Positions 17,451 through 27,210 of a DNA stretch of 55,443 nucleotides are shown here, one piece after another. This DNA is from an uncultured Kineosporia sp. (GTDB lineage Bacteria > Actinomycetota > Actinomycetes > Actinomycetales > Kineosporiaceae), in assembly GCA_964250315.1 (NCBI GenBank), contig CAXUFS010000002.1, positions 1 through 55,443 on the forward strand, given 5' to 3'. The first letter of the stretch is position 1, and each line of letters begins with the position of its first letter. The translations under genes and the position numbers were made by a program. The notes under the pieces are model-generated. The model saw only the letters and a program-made list of their open reading frames with translations, did not search any database and was not told the DNA's origin.

Positions 17451-19280
17451 TCAGTCAAGCCCGAGCCGGGCCTTGAGGCCGTCCAGCTCGGTTAGCAGGG
17501 TGACCGGCATCTTGGCGCCGATCTGCTCGAACCATTCCTGGATCAGCGGTATCTCGGCCGCCCACTCCTGCGGGTCCACGGCCAGGGCCTGCGCGACCGC
17601 GTCCGGGGTCAGTCCCAGACCGTCGACGTCCAGAGCGCCCGGCGCGGGCACCTGGCCGATCGGGGTCTCCACGGCATCGGCCTCACCCTCGAGCCGTTCG
17701 ATCACCCACTTGAGCACCCGGCTGTTCTCCCCGAATCCAGGCCAGAGGAAGCCGCCGTCCTGATCGCGCCGGAACCAGTTGACGTAGAAGATCTTCGGCA
17801 GCAGGTCGGCATCCGCACCTTTTCCGACGTCCAGCCAGTGCTGGAAGTAGTCACCCGCGTGGTAGCCCAGGAACGGCAGCATCGCCATCGGATCCCGCCG
17901 CACAACGCCCACCGCCCCGGCCGCCGCCGCGGTGGTCTCCGAGGAGATGGTGGCGGCCATGAAGGTGCCGTGGGTCCAGTCCCGGCTCTGGGTCACCAGC
18001 GGCACGGTGGTCGGGCGGCGACCGCCGAAGAGGATGGCCGAGATCGGCACCCCCTGCGGGTCGTCGTACTCCGGCGCCAGGATCGGGCAGTTGCGGATGG
18101 GCGTGCAGAACCGTGAGTTGGGGTGCGAGGACGGCTCCGGCGAGGACGGCGTCCAGTCCCGGCCCTTCCAATCGGTCAGGTGCGCCGGGGGCTCAGGGGT
18201 CATCCCCTCCCACCAGACGTCGCCGTCATCGGTCAGCGCCACGTTGGTGAACACCGATCCGCCCACTTCGATCGTTCGCATCGCGTTGGGGTTGGTGTCC
18301 CACCCGGTGCCGGGGGCCACACCGAACAGCCCGTTCTCCGGATTGGTGGCGTACAGGCGGCCATCTGTGCCGAACCGCATCCAGGCGATGTCGTCACCCA
18401 GGGTCTCGGCCTTCCAGCCGGGGATGGTCGGCTCCAGCATGGCCAGATTGGTCTTGCCGCAGGCGCTGGGGAAGGCGGCCGCGATGTAGTGCACCTTCCC
18501 GTCCGGACTGGTCAGTTTCAGGATCAGCATGTGTTCGGCCAGCCAGCCCTCGTCCCGGGCGATCGCGCTGGCGATCCGCAGGCTGTAGCACTTCTTGCCC
18601 AGCAGGGCATTGCCGCCGTAACCCGAGCCGAAGGATTGGATCTCACGCGACTCGGGGTAGTGGACGATGTACTTGGTCTGATTGCAGGGCCAGGCGACGT
18701 CCGGCTGGCCCGGCTCGAGTGGGGCCCCCAGAGAATGCATGGCGGGCACGAAGGCGGCGTCGTCCCCCATCCGCTCCAGGACCGCGTCGCCGGTCTTGGC
18801 CATCACGTTCATCGAGACCACGACGTATTCCGAGTCGGTGATCTCCACGCCGAACAGCGGCTTCTCGGCCTCTAGATGGCCCATCACGAACGGAATCACA
18901 TACATCGTGCGGCCTTTCATGCAGCCGCGGTACAGATCCTTCATGATGGCCCGCATCTCACCCGGATCCATCCAGTTGTTGGTCGGGCCCGCATCGGCCT
19001 CGTCCACCGAGCAGATGTAGGTGCGGTCCTCGACCCGGGCGACGTCGGAGGGATCGGAGGCGCACCAATACGAGCTGGGCTTCTTGTCCAGCTTGACGAA
19101 CGTGCCCGCCGCGACCAGCTGATCGATCAGCGCCTGCTGCTCCGGCGCCGTCCCGGCGACCCAGTGCACCCGGTCCGGGGTGGTCAGTTCGGCCATCTCC
19201 CGGACCCAGGCCAGCAACCGTTGGTGCCGGGCCGGCCCGGTCGAAGTCTGAGCGGTCGGTTCCTTGTCCAGGACGGTCAC
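17451..19280 (-). CDS. pckG: Phosphoenolpyruvate carboxykinase (GTP)
   Basis: 610 aa from GTG 19280, which lies 5 nt after GAGGAGG. It has the P-loop [18 protein letters not shown], as well as [10 protein letters not shown] and FGGRRP. The track ORF's 82-aa N-terminal extension is Arg/Pro junk. Confidence 0.95.
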   Translation of the reverse strand: MTVLDKEPTAQTSTGPARHQRLLAWVREMAELTTPDRVHWVAGTAPEQQALIDQLVAAGTFVKLDKKPSSYWCASDPSDVARVEDRTYICSVDEADAGPTNNWMDPGEMRAIMKDLYRGCMKGRTMYVIPFVMGHLEAEKPLFGVEITDSEYVVVSMNVMAKTGDAVLERMGDDAAFVPAMHSLGAPLEPGQPDVAWPCNQTKYIVHYPESREIQSFGSGYGGNALLGKKCYSLRIASAIARDEGWLAEHMLILKLTSPDGKVHYIAAAFPSACGKTNLAMLEPTIPGWKAETLGDDIAWMRFGTDGRLYATNPENGLFGVAPGTGWDTNPNAMRTIEVGGSVFTNVALTDDGDVWWEGMTPEPPAHLTDWKGRDWTPSSPEPSSHPNSRFCTPIRNCPILAPEYDDPQGVPISAILFGGRRPTTVPLVTQSRDWTHGTFMAATISSETTAAAAGAVGVVRRDPMAMLPFLGYHAGDYFQHWLDVGKGADADLLPKIFYVNWFRRDQDGGFLWPGFGENSRVLKWVIERLEGEADAVETPIGQVPAPGALDVDGLGLTPDAVAQALAVDPQEWAAEIPLIQEWFEQIGAKMPVTLLTELDGLKARLGLD

Positions 19281-19399
19281 GATCTGCCTCCTCGGTTTGC
19301 GCCGCAGCCGGCCGGACGGCCCCTGCTGGGGCCGATCTGGGTGCGGCAACCGTCGATGACGGGGACATCGTCGTCCGCGCGGAATCCATCCACCGTACG

Positions 19400-19432
19400 T
19401 GTCCGGACAGCTTTTGAGAACCTGTCCGGACA
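19400..19432. promoter_or_regulatory. Two copies of the perfect 10-bp palindrome TGTCCGGACA, 23 bp centre to centre, upstream of pckG
   Basis: TGTCCGGACA occurs at 19400-19409 and again at 19423-19432. These are 120-152 bp upstream of the pckG start, in the 399-bp divergent pckG/SDR spacer. An operator role is an inference. Confidence 0.35.
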
Positions 19433-19571
19433 ACATTTGCTGATGTCGGCTGGACCGACTGGGTCTGGACGATGCTGGGCGGGTGTTCTCTGGCCGGCTT
19501 CGGCCTGGTCGTCCGCCGATGAGCACGGAGCGCCAGCGGGCGTGTACCCGACATTCTGGGATGTCCGGAGT

Positions 19572-19592
19572 TCTTTCTGTCCAGCAGAAAGA
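19572..19592. promoter_or_regulatory. 8-bp inverted repeat TCTTTCTG-N5-CAGAAAGA upstream of the SDR-MFS pair
   Basis: Arms at 19572-19579 and 19585-19592, about 90 bp upstream of ATG 19680. An operator or hairpin function is an inference. Confidence 0.25.
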
Positions 19593-19679
19593 GTTTCCGC
19601 TGCCATTGCCCTGACCTTAGTCCGTTACCTAGCGTCAAGTGATGCAGGTAACGCGTGTCGACCCAGATTGGGGAAATAC

Positions 19680-20432
19680 ATGGCAGCGAGTACCCGAACA
19701 GTCATTGTGACCGGCGCCGGGCGCGGGATCGGCGAGGAGATTGCCCGGCAGTTCGCTACGCAGGGTGACCGGGTCACGGTGGTCGATGTCGTGGCTGAAA
19801 GGGCGGAGAACGTCGCGCAGAAGTTGAGCGCTGATGGTCTCGAAGTCCGCTCCGCGGTGTGCGATGTCGCCGACTCGGCCTCCGTGAACCGCATGATCAG
19901 CGAGGTGGTCGGTCGCGACGGACGTCTCGACGTTCTGGTGAACGCGGCCGGCGCGTACCGTCAGTACCGCCAGGCTCACCTCACCGATGACGAGACCTGG
20001 GACCTGGTCCTCGATTCCAACTTGAAGGGCAGCTTCTTCACCTGCCGAGCCGCTCTGCCGACCATGATCGAGCAGGGTTACGGGCGGATCGTCAACGTCG
20101 CATCGAACGCGGCTCGATCCTGGGCCACTGCCCTGGGCGTTGAGTACACGGTGGCGAAGACCGGGATCCTTGGTCTTACTCGCCATCTAGCCGCCGAATA
20201 TTCACAGTACGGAATCACGATCAATACCGTCGCCCCCGGCCCAACCGACGACGATCGGGTGCGAGAAAGCACCACCGACGAGCAGCGCTTGGCCATCGCG
20301 GCCGGAATGCCGGTCAGGCGATTGGGCCGGCCGCAGGACATCGCAGCGGTGGTGGTGTTCGTGGCATCGAACGCGGCGTCATTCATGACCGGAGCGACCG
20401 TCGACGTCAACGGCGGAATCATCATGGTGTGA
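19680..20432 (+). CDS. SDR-family oxidoreductase (FabG-like)
   Basis: MAASTRTVIVTGAGRGIGEEIARQF... carries the TGxxxGxG motif. NAAG and a catalytic region follow. Only the 3' 753 nt of track ORF 18876..20432 is real. The remainder is antisense to pckG. Confidence 0.85.
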   Translation: MAASTRTVIVTGAGRGIGEEIARQFATQGDRVTVVDVVAERAENVAQKLSADGLEVRSAVCDVADSASVNRMISEVVGRDGRLDVLVNAAGAYRQYRQAHLTDDETWDLVLDSNLKGSFFTCRAALPTMIEQGYGRIVNVASNAARSWATALGVEYTVAKTGILGLTRHLAAEYSQYGITINTVAPGPTDDDRVRESTTDEQRLAIAAGMPVRRLGRPQDIAAVVVFVASNAASFMTGATVDVNGGIIMV

Positions 20433-20514
20433 CGGTTGGCCGCATGTCATCGAATTTGTCTCCCGCTTGATTGCACGTCTACCCCATCGGTTCCTCACGC
20501 TGAAAGGGCTGATT

Positions 20515-21867
20515 ATGACGTTTGCCCCGTCCGCCATTCGCCGGACTGTAGATCGCCGGATACTGTTCTCGCTGTTCTTCATCAATGTGCTGGCTCAGAT
20601 AGACCGCAGTAACCTGAGTTTCGCGGCAGTCGATCTGAACCACGACCTCAAATTCAGCTCGACCGTTTATGGTTTTGGAGCAGGCATCTTCTTCGTCGGC
20701 CTTGCTCTGATAGCTGTGCCGCAGACATTCGTGTTCGAACGAATCCGGCCACACATCTGGCTCGCCTGCATGATGGGTGTCTGGGCCGTTGCCTCGATGA
20801 CGACCGCCTTCGTGCAGAACCCGGCCGAGTTCTTCGTGGCCCGCTTCGTCCTCGGCGCGGCGGAGGCGGCCCTGGTTCCGGCGGCGGTGACGTGCCTGTC
20901 GCGGTTCTACACCTCAGCCGATGTCGGCTCGGCGGCGGCCACCTATGTCATGGGCGGCGGGGTAGCGGCGGCCATCGGCGGCCCGCTCGCGGCAGCCATC
21001 TTGACCATTAATGGTGGCGGGCTGGAATCCTGGCAGTGGCTTTTCGTCCTGCAGGCAATTCCCGTGCTGCTGGTTGCGCCGTTCGTGGCCCGGCTGGCGC
21101 ATTCGCCGGCCGAGGCCCGGTGGCTCACACCCGACCAGCGAGAATGGTTGAGCGAACACACCGTCGAACCCCCACGGGGGCGAAGGAGCAGTATCCGGCA
21201 GCTCGTCACCGCATTGCTGAGCGTGCGGGTATGGGTGCTGACGCTCACATTCTTCTGCATCAACCTCGGCTTGTGGGGCCTCACTTTCTGGCTGCCGCAG
21301 ATCGTCAAATCCCGCTTCACGAATCTGAACAGTTCACAGGTCACCCTGGTGTCGTCGATCGCCTTCATCGCCGCAGCGCTGGGCATTTACGGCTTCGGGA
21401 AACTCAGCAGGGTGACGGGGGATCGCTACTGGACCCTGGTCGCCCTGCTCGCGGCCTCGGCCATCAGCTTGGCCCTCTCCCTCCTGTTCACCGGCGCGGT
21501 GGCCCAGCTGCTGTTCGTGTCTCTCGGGCTGGCGCTGTCCTTCTCCATAGTTGGGGTCTTCTACGGCGTACCCGCGGCCACCTTCACCGGGCCGACCGGC
21601 GCGACCGGAATCGCCTTTGTCAATGGCCTCGGCCTGCTCGGGGGCTTCGTCGGACCGTACTTGTTCGGAGCGCTCAAGGACGCGACCGGCGCCACGACTG
21701 ACAGCCTCTACGTGTACGCCGCCGTGTTCCTTGTCGCCATGGTGCTCGTAGCCGCGGGCCGGAGGTATTACCCATCCAGCCGGCCCACCGTGGACGGGGA
21801 CGCCGCTGACCGCGCTGTTTCCCAGCCGTCAGAGCCCCTCGCTGCTGCTCTGGAACCCCTGGAGTAA
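20515..21867 (+). CDS. MFS transporter, anion:cation symporter (ACS)-like
   Basis: MTFAPSAIRRTVDRRILFSLFFINVLAQIDRSNLSFAA... is typical of tartrate, galactonate and phthalate-type MFS transporters. It has 12 TM segments. ATG 20515 was chosen over TTG 20467. Confidence 0.8.
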   Translation: MTFAPSAIRRTVDRRILFSLFFINVLAQIDRSNLSFAAVDLNHDLKFSSTVYGFGAGIFFVGLALIAVPQTFVFERIRPHIWLACMMGVWAVASMTTAFVQNPAEFFVARFVLGAAEAALVPAAVTCLSRFYTSADVGSAAATYVMGGGVAAAIGGPLAAAILTINGGGLESWQWLFVLQAIPVLLVAPFVARLAHSPAEARWLTPDQREWLSEHTVEPPRGRRSSIRQLVTALLSVRVWVLTLTFFCINLGLWGLTFWLPQIVKSRFTNLNSSQVTLVSSIAFIAAALGIYGFGKLSRVTGDRYWTLVALLAASAISLALSLLFTGAVAQLLFVSLGLALSFSIVGVFYGVPAATFTGPTGATGIAFVNGLGLLGGFVGPYLFGALKDATGATTDSLYVYAAVFLVAMVLVAAGRRYYPSSRPTVDGDAADRAVSQPSEPLAAALEPLE

Positions 21868-22008
21868 GCCCGGGTAGCACCCGGCCGAAGCTAGGCGGCC
21901 CCGCCTCGGCGCATCGTGCAGCCTTGACGTTGCGGAGTTTCCGGGGCCGCCGCGCGGCGGCTGCCACCGGCCAGCCGGGTCGGGCGACCGATACAGATCC
22001 GGCCGATC

Positions 22009-22028
22009 GCCACCGGGCATCCGGTGGC
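22009..22028. terminator. Perfect 8-bp-stem hairpin (GCCACCGG-gcat-CCGGTGGC) in a 378-bp convergent spacer
   Basis: Read directly from the sequence. It lies between the MFS stop (21867) and the SBP stop (22246). There is no U-tract on either strand. Confidence 0.3.
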
Positions 22029-22245
22029 CACACGATCCGTTCTCCCGCCCAGCGTCCATCGAGTGAGGCCGTTCGGCGCAGTTGCGCGGCAGCCGAAAAC
22101 GCCGGAGCCGGCGCGGACCATGGAAAGACCATGATCACGCGCCGGCACCGGCGCCCGATGGGTCAGGACTGCGGCTGCGAAGGGTGGACCCGTCCCTCAG
22201 TCTGGGCTGCGGACGCTCGCCGTGGCCCGTGCTCACCGCCCACCG

Positions 22246-23322
22246 TCATGGCTGGAGCGGACCCTCAGGGCTGATGCTGCTGGCGTTCGCCTTGGTGACC
22301 ATGGTCCCGGTTGTCACAACCGTGTCGGCCTCGAGCTTCGCGCCACTGATCACTGCGTGCAGAGCGATCGCTGACTGGTAGCCCTCCGTGTACTGATCCA
22401 CGTGGTAACTCGCGAAGAGCTGGCCGCCCTGGATCGCCGTCATGGTCGCCTGGTCGGCAGCGTCGGAACCGAGGACACGGATGTCCTTGCCTGCGGAGCG
22501 GGCCGATCCGGCGGCTCCCAGGGCGGACGGATCGTTGTAGGCGAACACGACCTTGACGTTCGGGTTGCGGCCAGCCAGGGCGGTCATCGCGTCGGCACCG
22601 CCAGCCGGATCGTCGGACTTGGCGTCCTGCTCTCCCACGAACTTCAGCCCGAACTTGTCCGCCCAGTACCTCTCCCGCTGCATGTAGTACTTCAGGGTGC
22701 CGATCGGGATCGCCAGGCCGATGAGGCCGTAACTTGCCCCGGGTTCGACCGAGGCGACGTACTTCGCCCGGTTGTAGGCCGCGGTGTCAAACCCCTGCAA
22801 CACGTTCGCTGCGTAGCCAGGAGCGATCGGCTGGCCGGCCTGGATCGGGGTGTTGATGGCCACCACCGGGATGCCCGCCTTCTTGGCCGCCGCCAGCTGC
22901 GGTCCCAGTGCGTCGGGATTCAGGGGGTAGACGATGATGCCGTCGACCTTTCGTGCGATCAGTTCCTGGAATTGATTGACCTGGGTGTTGAAGTCCAGCT
23001 GGCAGTCCTTGGCGACGAGCGTGTCACCGGCCTTCTTGATCACCGCGGTGATGCCGTTCTGGAGTTCGGCCAGAGCCGGGATCTTCTCGTTCGGGCTCAG
23101 CCAGCCGATCGTCAGCGGCTTGGTGGTCTTCAGGTCCCCGAACGAGTGCGGGATGCTCGCCTCGGGGCCGTCGAAGGCGACCGAAGCCGCGGCGGCCGCC
23201 GCCGAGGGGTTGGCGGCCGTCTTGTCGTCGGAGCCGGCGGTGGAGGAGCAGCTGGCGAGCAGGGGGCCGGTGAGCAGGACGACGGCGGCGGCCGCGAGTT
23301 TGAGCTGAGGTTTCGTGGACAT
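22246..23322 (-). CDS. Sugar ABC transporter substrate-binding lipoprotein (CUT2, RbsB-like)
   Basis: MSTKPQLKLAAAAVVLLTGPLLASCSS provides a signal peptide and lipobox, followed by a periplasmic-binding-protein type I fold. The start was trimmed to ATG 23322. Confidence 0.85.
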   Translation of the reverse strand: MSTKPQLKLAAAAVVLLTGPLLASCSSTAGSDDKTAANPSAAAAAASVAFDGPEASIPHSFGDLKTTKPLTIGWLSPNEKIPALAELQNGITAVIKKAGDTLVAKDCQLDFNTQVNQFQELIARKVDGIIVYPLNPDALGPQLAAAKKAGIPVVAINTPIQAGQPIAPGYAANVLQGFDTAAYNRAKYVASVEPGASYGLIGLAIPIGTLKYYMQRERYWADKFGLKFVGEQDAKSDDPAGGADAMTALAGRNPNVKVVFAYNDPSALGAAGSARSAGKDIRVLGSDAADQATMTAIQGGQLFASYHVDQYTEGYQSAIALHAVISGAKLEADTVVTTGTMVTKANASSISPEGPLQP

Positions 23323-23377
23323 CGAGCACTCCAGTCGTGATGCGGTCCTGATGGGGATGGGTGGTGCGGTCGTGCGG

Positions 23378-24148
23378 CTATCGGAAATGCATGCCCCCAT
23401 TCACGCCGATCACCTGGCCGTTGATCCATTGGCCGTCGTCCGAGACGAGATAGGCGACCATCGCCGCGGTATCCCCGGGATCGCCGAGACGGGTGCTGCG
23501 GACCCGCTCGAGGACGGCCTCCTTCCAGCCGGGCCGGTTCTCTGCGAGCGCGACCTCGGTCAGGGTCAGGCTGGGGGCGATCGCGTTGCAGCGCAGGCCC
23601 TGCTTGCCCCACTTGGAGGCCGTGTGCCGGACCAGGGCGTTCAGCCCGGCTTTGGACACCGCGTAGGCGGGCTTGGCCGCGTCTCCGGCGAACGAGGCGT
23701 CCGAGGAGGTGACGACGATGGCTGGGGAGCTGGCCTCCAGCAGTACCGGCACCGCGTGACGCAGGGTGTAGAGAAAGCCGGTCAGATTCACCGCGAGGGT
23801 GCGCTCCCAGACCGCGAGGTCGATGTCGACCACGTCGGTGTCATGGCCGAAGACGGCGTCGGAGAGGTCGGCCACGTTGTAGTGCACCGCGTCCAGCCGC
23901 CCGAGCGTCTCGCGGGCCTGGCTGACCAGGGCGGCCACCGAGTCATCGGCGGTGGCGTCGAACTCGACCGCTGACACCTTGGCTCCGGTCGCGTCACTGG
24001 CCCGCCGGGCCGTGGCCTCCGCGACGTCCAGGCGCCGGTCACCGATGACGACATCCGCTCCCTCCTCGGCCAGCCGGGTCACGGTGGCCGCTCCGATTCC
24101 GGTCGCGCCTCCGGCGACCAGGACCGCCTTGCCTTTCAATCCGCGCAT
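23378..24148 (-). CDS. SDR-family oxidoreductase
   Basis: N-terminus MRGLKGKAVLVAGGATGIGAATVTRLAEEGADVVIGD is followed by a YxxxK region. The gene sits between the permease and SBP genes. Confidence 0.85.
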   Translation of the reverse strand: MRGLKGKAVLVAGGATGIGAATVTRLAEEGADVVIGDRRLDVAEATARRASDATGAKVSAVEFDATADDSVAALVSQARETLGRLDAVHYNVADLSDAVFGHDTDVVDIDLAVWERTLAVNLTGFLYTLRHAVPVLLEASSPAIVVTSSDASFAGDAAKPAYAVSKAGLNALVRHTASKWGKQGLRCNAIAPSLTLTEVALAENRPGWKEAVLERVRSTRLGDPGDTAAMVAYLVSDDGQWINGQVIGVNGGMHFR

Positions 24149-24176
24149 GTCTGCTCCGCTTTCGTGCGTAGGGTTC

Positions 24177-25349
24177 TCAATGATTGACCGGTGAGGCCGG
24201 AAGGGAGCCCGGGCGGTCCGATCCGGGAGTGTCCGGGTCGCCGGCTCCGGGTGTGCCGGGCGAAGAGCCGGCTTGGCCGGTCCTGGGAGTGCCGGTCGGC
24301 TCGACCGGCTCGACCGGCTCAGCTGCTGCGGCTGGCTCGGTTCGGTTGCGGCCGCGGCGGTGCACGATCCGGTCGCCGAGCACCGCGATCACCAGGATCA
24401 CGCCGGTCACCACCTGTTGCCAGAACGACGGCAGCCCGGCCAGGCTGAGTCCGTTCTGCAGCGTGCCGATGAACAGGACGCCGAGCGCGGTGCCGGTGAT
24501 GCCACCGACGCCACCCATCAGGCTCGTGCCCCCCAGCAGCACAGCGGCGATGGACTGCAGGCCGAGGCTTCCGTCCACGTTGGGCACGGCCACCCCGATC
24601 CGCCCGACCGCGATCGTGCCGCCGATGGCGGCGCAGGCACCGGACAGCGCGTACACCAGGGCCAGGGTCCGCCCGCTGCGAACACCGGACAGCCGGGCGG
24701 CGGTCAGCGACCCGCCGACCGCGTAGACGTCACGTCCGAAGTAGGTCTCCCGCTGCAGCCACAGAGCGATCACCAGCGAGATGATCATGATCCAGACCGG
24801 GATGCCCAGCCCGGCGAAGGCGTAGGCACCGATGGACGTGACGGTCCGGTCGGTGACGAACGTGGAGTCACCACCCGTCCAGAGGTTGACGATCCCGGTC
24901 AGAGTGGTCATGGAAGCCAGCGTCACGACGAAGAACGAGAGCTGGGCGTAGCCGATCAGGGCGCCGTTGACGACTCCGCCCAGCACAGCGGCGGCCAGCA
25001 CCACAACGGGGATCGCCAGGTAGCCGGGGAGTCCGTGCTCCATCAGCCGGGCCAGAGTGACGCCGCAGAGCGTGGCGATCGCTCCGACTGAGAGGTCGGC
25101 CCCAGCCGTCAGCAGCGCGAACGTCATGCCCAGGCTCACGACCCAGAGCACGGAGACACCCGCCAGCAGATTCTGCAGGTTGTTGCCGGTCCGGAACGCG
25201 GGCTGGGTCAGCAGGAGGGCGATCACCAGGACGACGAGAAGGACCAGGACCGGCCGGAACTGGCGGGTGCTGGCCCAGGCGTCCCCCACGTTCCACCGGC
25301 CCAGCCGCTGGCGGGCGGTCACGGGCTGCGGTGATGACTGCGCGGTCAT
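24177..25349 (-). CDS. Sugar ABC transporter permease (RbsC-like) with a Pro/Gly-rich C-terminal tail
   Basis: A multi-TM protein of the branched-chain/ribose permease type. The last roughly 60 aa (RGRNRTEPAAAAEPVEPVEPTGTPRTGQAGSSPGTPGAGDPDTPGSDRPGSLPASPVNH) are low complexity. There is an ATGA overlap with the ATPase stop at 25346-25349. Confidence 0.85.
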   Translation of the reverse strand: MTAQSSPQPVTARQRLGRWNVGDAWASTRQFRPVLVLLVVLVIALLLTQPAFRTGNNLQNLLAGVSVLWVVSLGMTFALLTAGADLSVGAIATLCGVTLARLMEHGLPGYLAIPVVVLAAAVLGGVVNGALIGYAQLSFFVVTLASMTTLTGIVNLWTGGDSTFVTDRTVTSIGAYAFAGLGIPVWIMIISLVIALWLQRETYFGRDVYAVGGSLTAARLSGVRSGRTLALVYALSGACAAIGGTIAVGRIGVAVPNVDGSLGLQSIAAVLLGGTSLMGGVGGITGTALGVLFIGTLQNGLSLAGLPSFWQQVVTGVILVIAVLGDRIVHRRGRNRTEPAAAAEPVEPVEPTGTPRTGQAGSSPGTPGAGDPDTPGSDRPGSLPASPVNH

Positions 25350-26875
25350 CGGTGGCCTCCTGAGTATCGGGCGAGCTGGTCATCGGTGGTGTGCTCCCCC
25401 GCGAGGTCGGCCACCACCTGGCCGCGGTACAGCACGACGATCCGGTCGCACAGGGCCAGCAGTTCCTCCGGCTCCGACGAGCTGACCAGCAGCGCCAGAC
25501 CGGTGCCGGCGCTTTCTCGCAGCTGGTGATGGATCTCGGCCTTTGCGGCGACGTCCACCCCCCGGGTCGGTTCGTCGAGCAGGAGCAGCACGGGGGACAG
25601 GGCCATCCACTTGGCCAGAGCGACCTTCTGCTGGTTGCCACCGCTGAGCGAATTCACCGGTGCGTCCACCGAACTGCTGCGCAGGCGCATGACCCGGACC
25701 GCGTCCTGCGCCGCCCGGCTCTCGGCCCGGCGGTCCGGGCGGGTCAGCCGGGGCCGGTCACGACTGGTCACCATCACCAGGTTCGCGCCGACCGACATCG
25801 AGAGGACGACACCCTGCGTGCGCCGCTCGGGCGGCAGGTATCCGATCCGGCGTCCGATGCTCGCGTGCGGCGAACGATCGGAATAGTCCTGACCGGCTAC
25901 GCGAACCGAGCCGCCGGAGGCGGCCCGGAGGCCGAAGAGGCATTCGAGAAGTTCGCCCCGGCCGGCTCCGGCCAGCCCCGCCAGCCCGACAATCTCACCC
26001 GGCCGGACCGTGAGGCTCACGTCGTGCAGCGCACCCGGTACGGTCAGGCCGGAGATCTCCAGGGCCAGGGCCGGCCCCGGGTCGAAGGCCGGCCGGGTCT
26101 CGCGCTCGTTGAGCCGCTTGACCCGGCCCACCATGGCGTTGACCACGTCGTCCGGCGTCGTCGACGCCGTCGGGGCGGTCAAGGTGACCCGGCCGTCCCG
26201 CAGAACCACGATCGTCTCCGTCAGCGCGAACAGCTCGGGCATCCGGTGGGACACGAAGATGACCGCCACGCCGCTGGCGGTCAGTGTGCGGACGGCGGCG
26301 AAGAGTCCCTCGACCTGATCGTCGGTCAGCGAGCTGGTCGGCTCGTCCAGGATGAGCACCCGGGCATCGGTCGACAGCGCCCGGGCGATCTCGACGAGTT
26401 GCTTCTGGTCGGCCCGCAAGCTGCCGGCCAGGCGCCGGGTGTCGAAAACGACGCCCAGCCGGGCCAGGATCGCCGCGGCCCGGCGATGGGTCGCGGGCCA
26501 GTCGATCCCCGTCCGCCCGCGTCGCCGGACAAGGTGGCCCATCATGATGTTCTCGCCGATGGAGAGGCCTTCGGCGATAGCGGTCTCCTGCGAGACCATC
26601 GCAATGCCGGCGCTCAGGGCGTCGGCCGCACTGGAGAAGGTGCGCTGCTCGCCCTGGACGCTGATGCTGCCCTGATCGGGGCGGACCTGACCTGAGAGCA
26701 CCCCGAGCATGGTGGACTTGCCCGAACCGTTCTCGCCGATCAAGCCGATGATCTCGCCGGGCCGGGAAATGGTCAGGTCCACGCCTGCCAGTGCGTGCAC
26801 GCCGCCGAACGACTTCGTGACGGCATGCAGCTCCACCAGAGGCGTCGCGGTGTCCAACCCGGCCGTGGCGCTCAC
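25346..26875 (-). CDS. Sugar ABC transporter ATP-binding protein (duplicated ABC domains)
   Basis: It has Walker A GENGSGKST, signature LSGGNQQK and a second ABC domain. The start GTG 26875 forms a GTGA overlap with the ABM gene stop. The track's 107-aa N-terminal extension was rejected. Confidence 0.9.
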   Translation of the reverse strand: MSATAGLDTATPLVELHAVTKSFGGVHALAGVDLTISRPGEIIGLIGENGSGKSTMLGVLSGQVRPDQGSISVQGEQRTFSSAADALSAGIAMVSQETAIAEGLSIGENIMMGHLVRRRGRTGIDWPATHRRAAAILARLGVVFDTRRLAGSLRADQKQLVEIARALSTDARVLILDEPTSSLTDDQVEGLFAAVRTLTASGVAVIFVSHRMPELFALTETIVVLRDGRVTLTAPTASTTPDDVVNAMVGRVKRLNERETRPAFDPGPALALEISGLTVPGALHDVSLTVRPGEIVGLAGLAGAGRGELLECLFGLRAASGGSVRVAGQDYSDRSPHASIGRRIGYLPPERRTQGVVLSMSVGANLVMVTSRDRPRLTRPDRRAESRAAQDAVRVMRLRSSSVDAPVNSLSGGNQQKVALAKWMALSPVLLLLDEPTRGVDVAAKAEIHHQLRESAGTGLALLVSSSEPEELLALCDRIVVLYRGQVVADLAGEHTTDDQLARYSGGHR

Positions 26876-27165
26876 GGCATCTCGTCCAGAATGAGCAGGG
26901 TGTAGTCGGTTTCCAGCCGGCCGGGCAGCCGCGGGAGGAGCTCGGTGAGTTCGGGCAGCTTGTCGTGCGCCTCGACCGCCTCCGCGTCGGAGTAGATCTC
27001 GTACATGGCGTACGTCCGGGGATGGTCGCGGACCGAGTGCAGGATCCAGAGGTCCGTGCCGGCCTCGGCGGCCGAGGCGGCCTTGATCTTGCCCAGCCGT
27101 TCGAGCAGTTCCTGCTCGAACTCTGGTTTGGCGGTCAACTGTACGTACTTGGCGATGCGGCTCAT
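26872..27165 (-). CDS. ABM-fold (antibiotic biosynthesis monooxygenase / YgiN / LsrG-like) small protein
   Basis: 97 aa. MSRIAKYVQLTAKPEFEQELLERL...YAMYEIYSDAEAVEAHDKLPELTELL has the ferredoxin-like ABM pattern. It is translationally coupled to the ABC ATPase. Confidence 0.75.
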   Translation of the reverse strand: MSRIAKYVQLTAKPEFEQELLERLGKIKAASAAEAGTDLWILHSVRDHPRTYAMYEIYSDAEAVEAHDKLPELTELLPRLPGRLETDYTLLILDEMP

Positions 27166-27210
27166 TTTCTTCTCCTCCTTGAACGGTCGGCCCCAAATGG
27201 GGACCGCGGG

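Noticed and set aside
19430-19445. ACAACATTTGCTGA next to the second pckG palindrome, weakly resembling the corynebacterial RamB box (A[A/G]AACTTTGCAAA, recalled)
   Set aside because: The match requires an insertion and several mismatches. It is too weak to call without a scoring matrix.
18876-19679. 5' two-thirds of the 518-aa + ORF 18876..20432
   Set aside because: This part is antisense to pckG and crosses the intergenic spacer. Only the SDR portion, from ATG 19680 (TGxxxGxG directly after the start), is credible.
21868-22245. ORFs 21924..22274 (+), 21891..22148 (-) and 21829..22059 (-) in the long convergent spacer, and a possible ncRNA
   Set aside because: All three translations are Arg/Pro/Gly-rich with no motifs and they overlap one another. 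Apart from one strong hairpin (22009-22028), I recognise no RNA-family signature.
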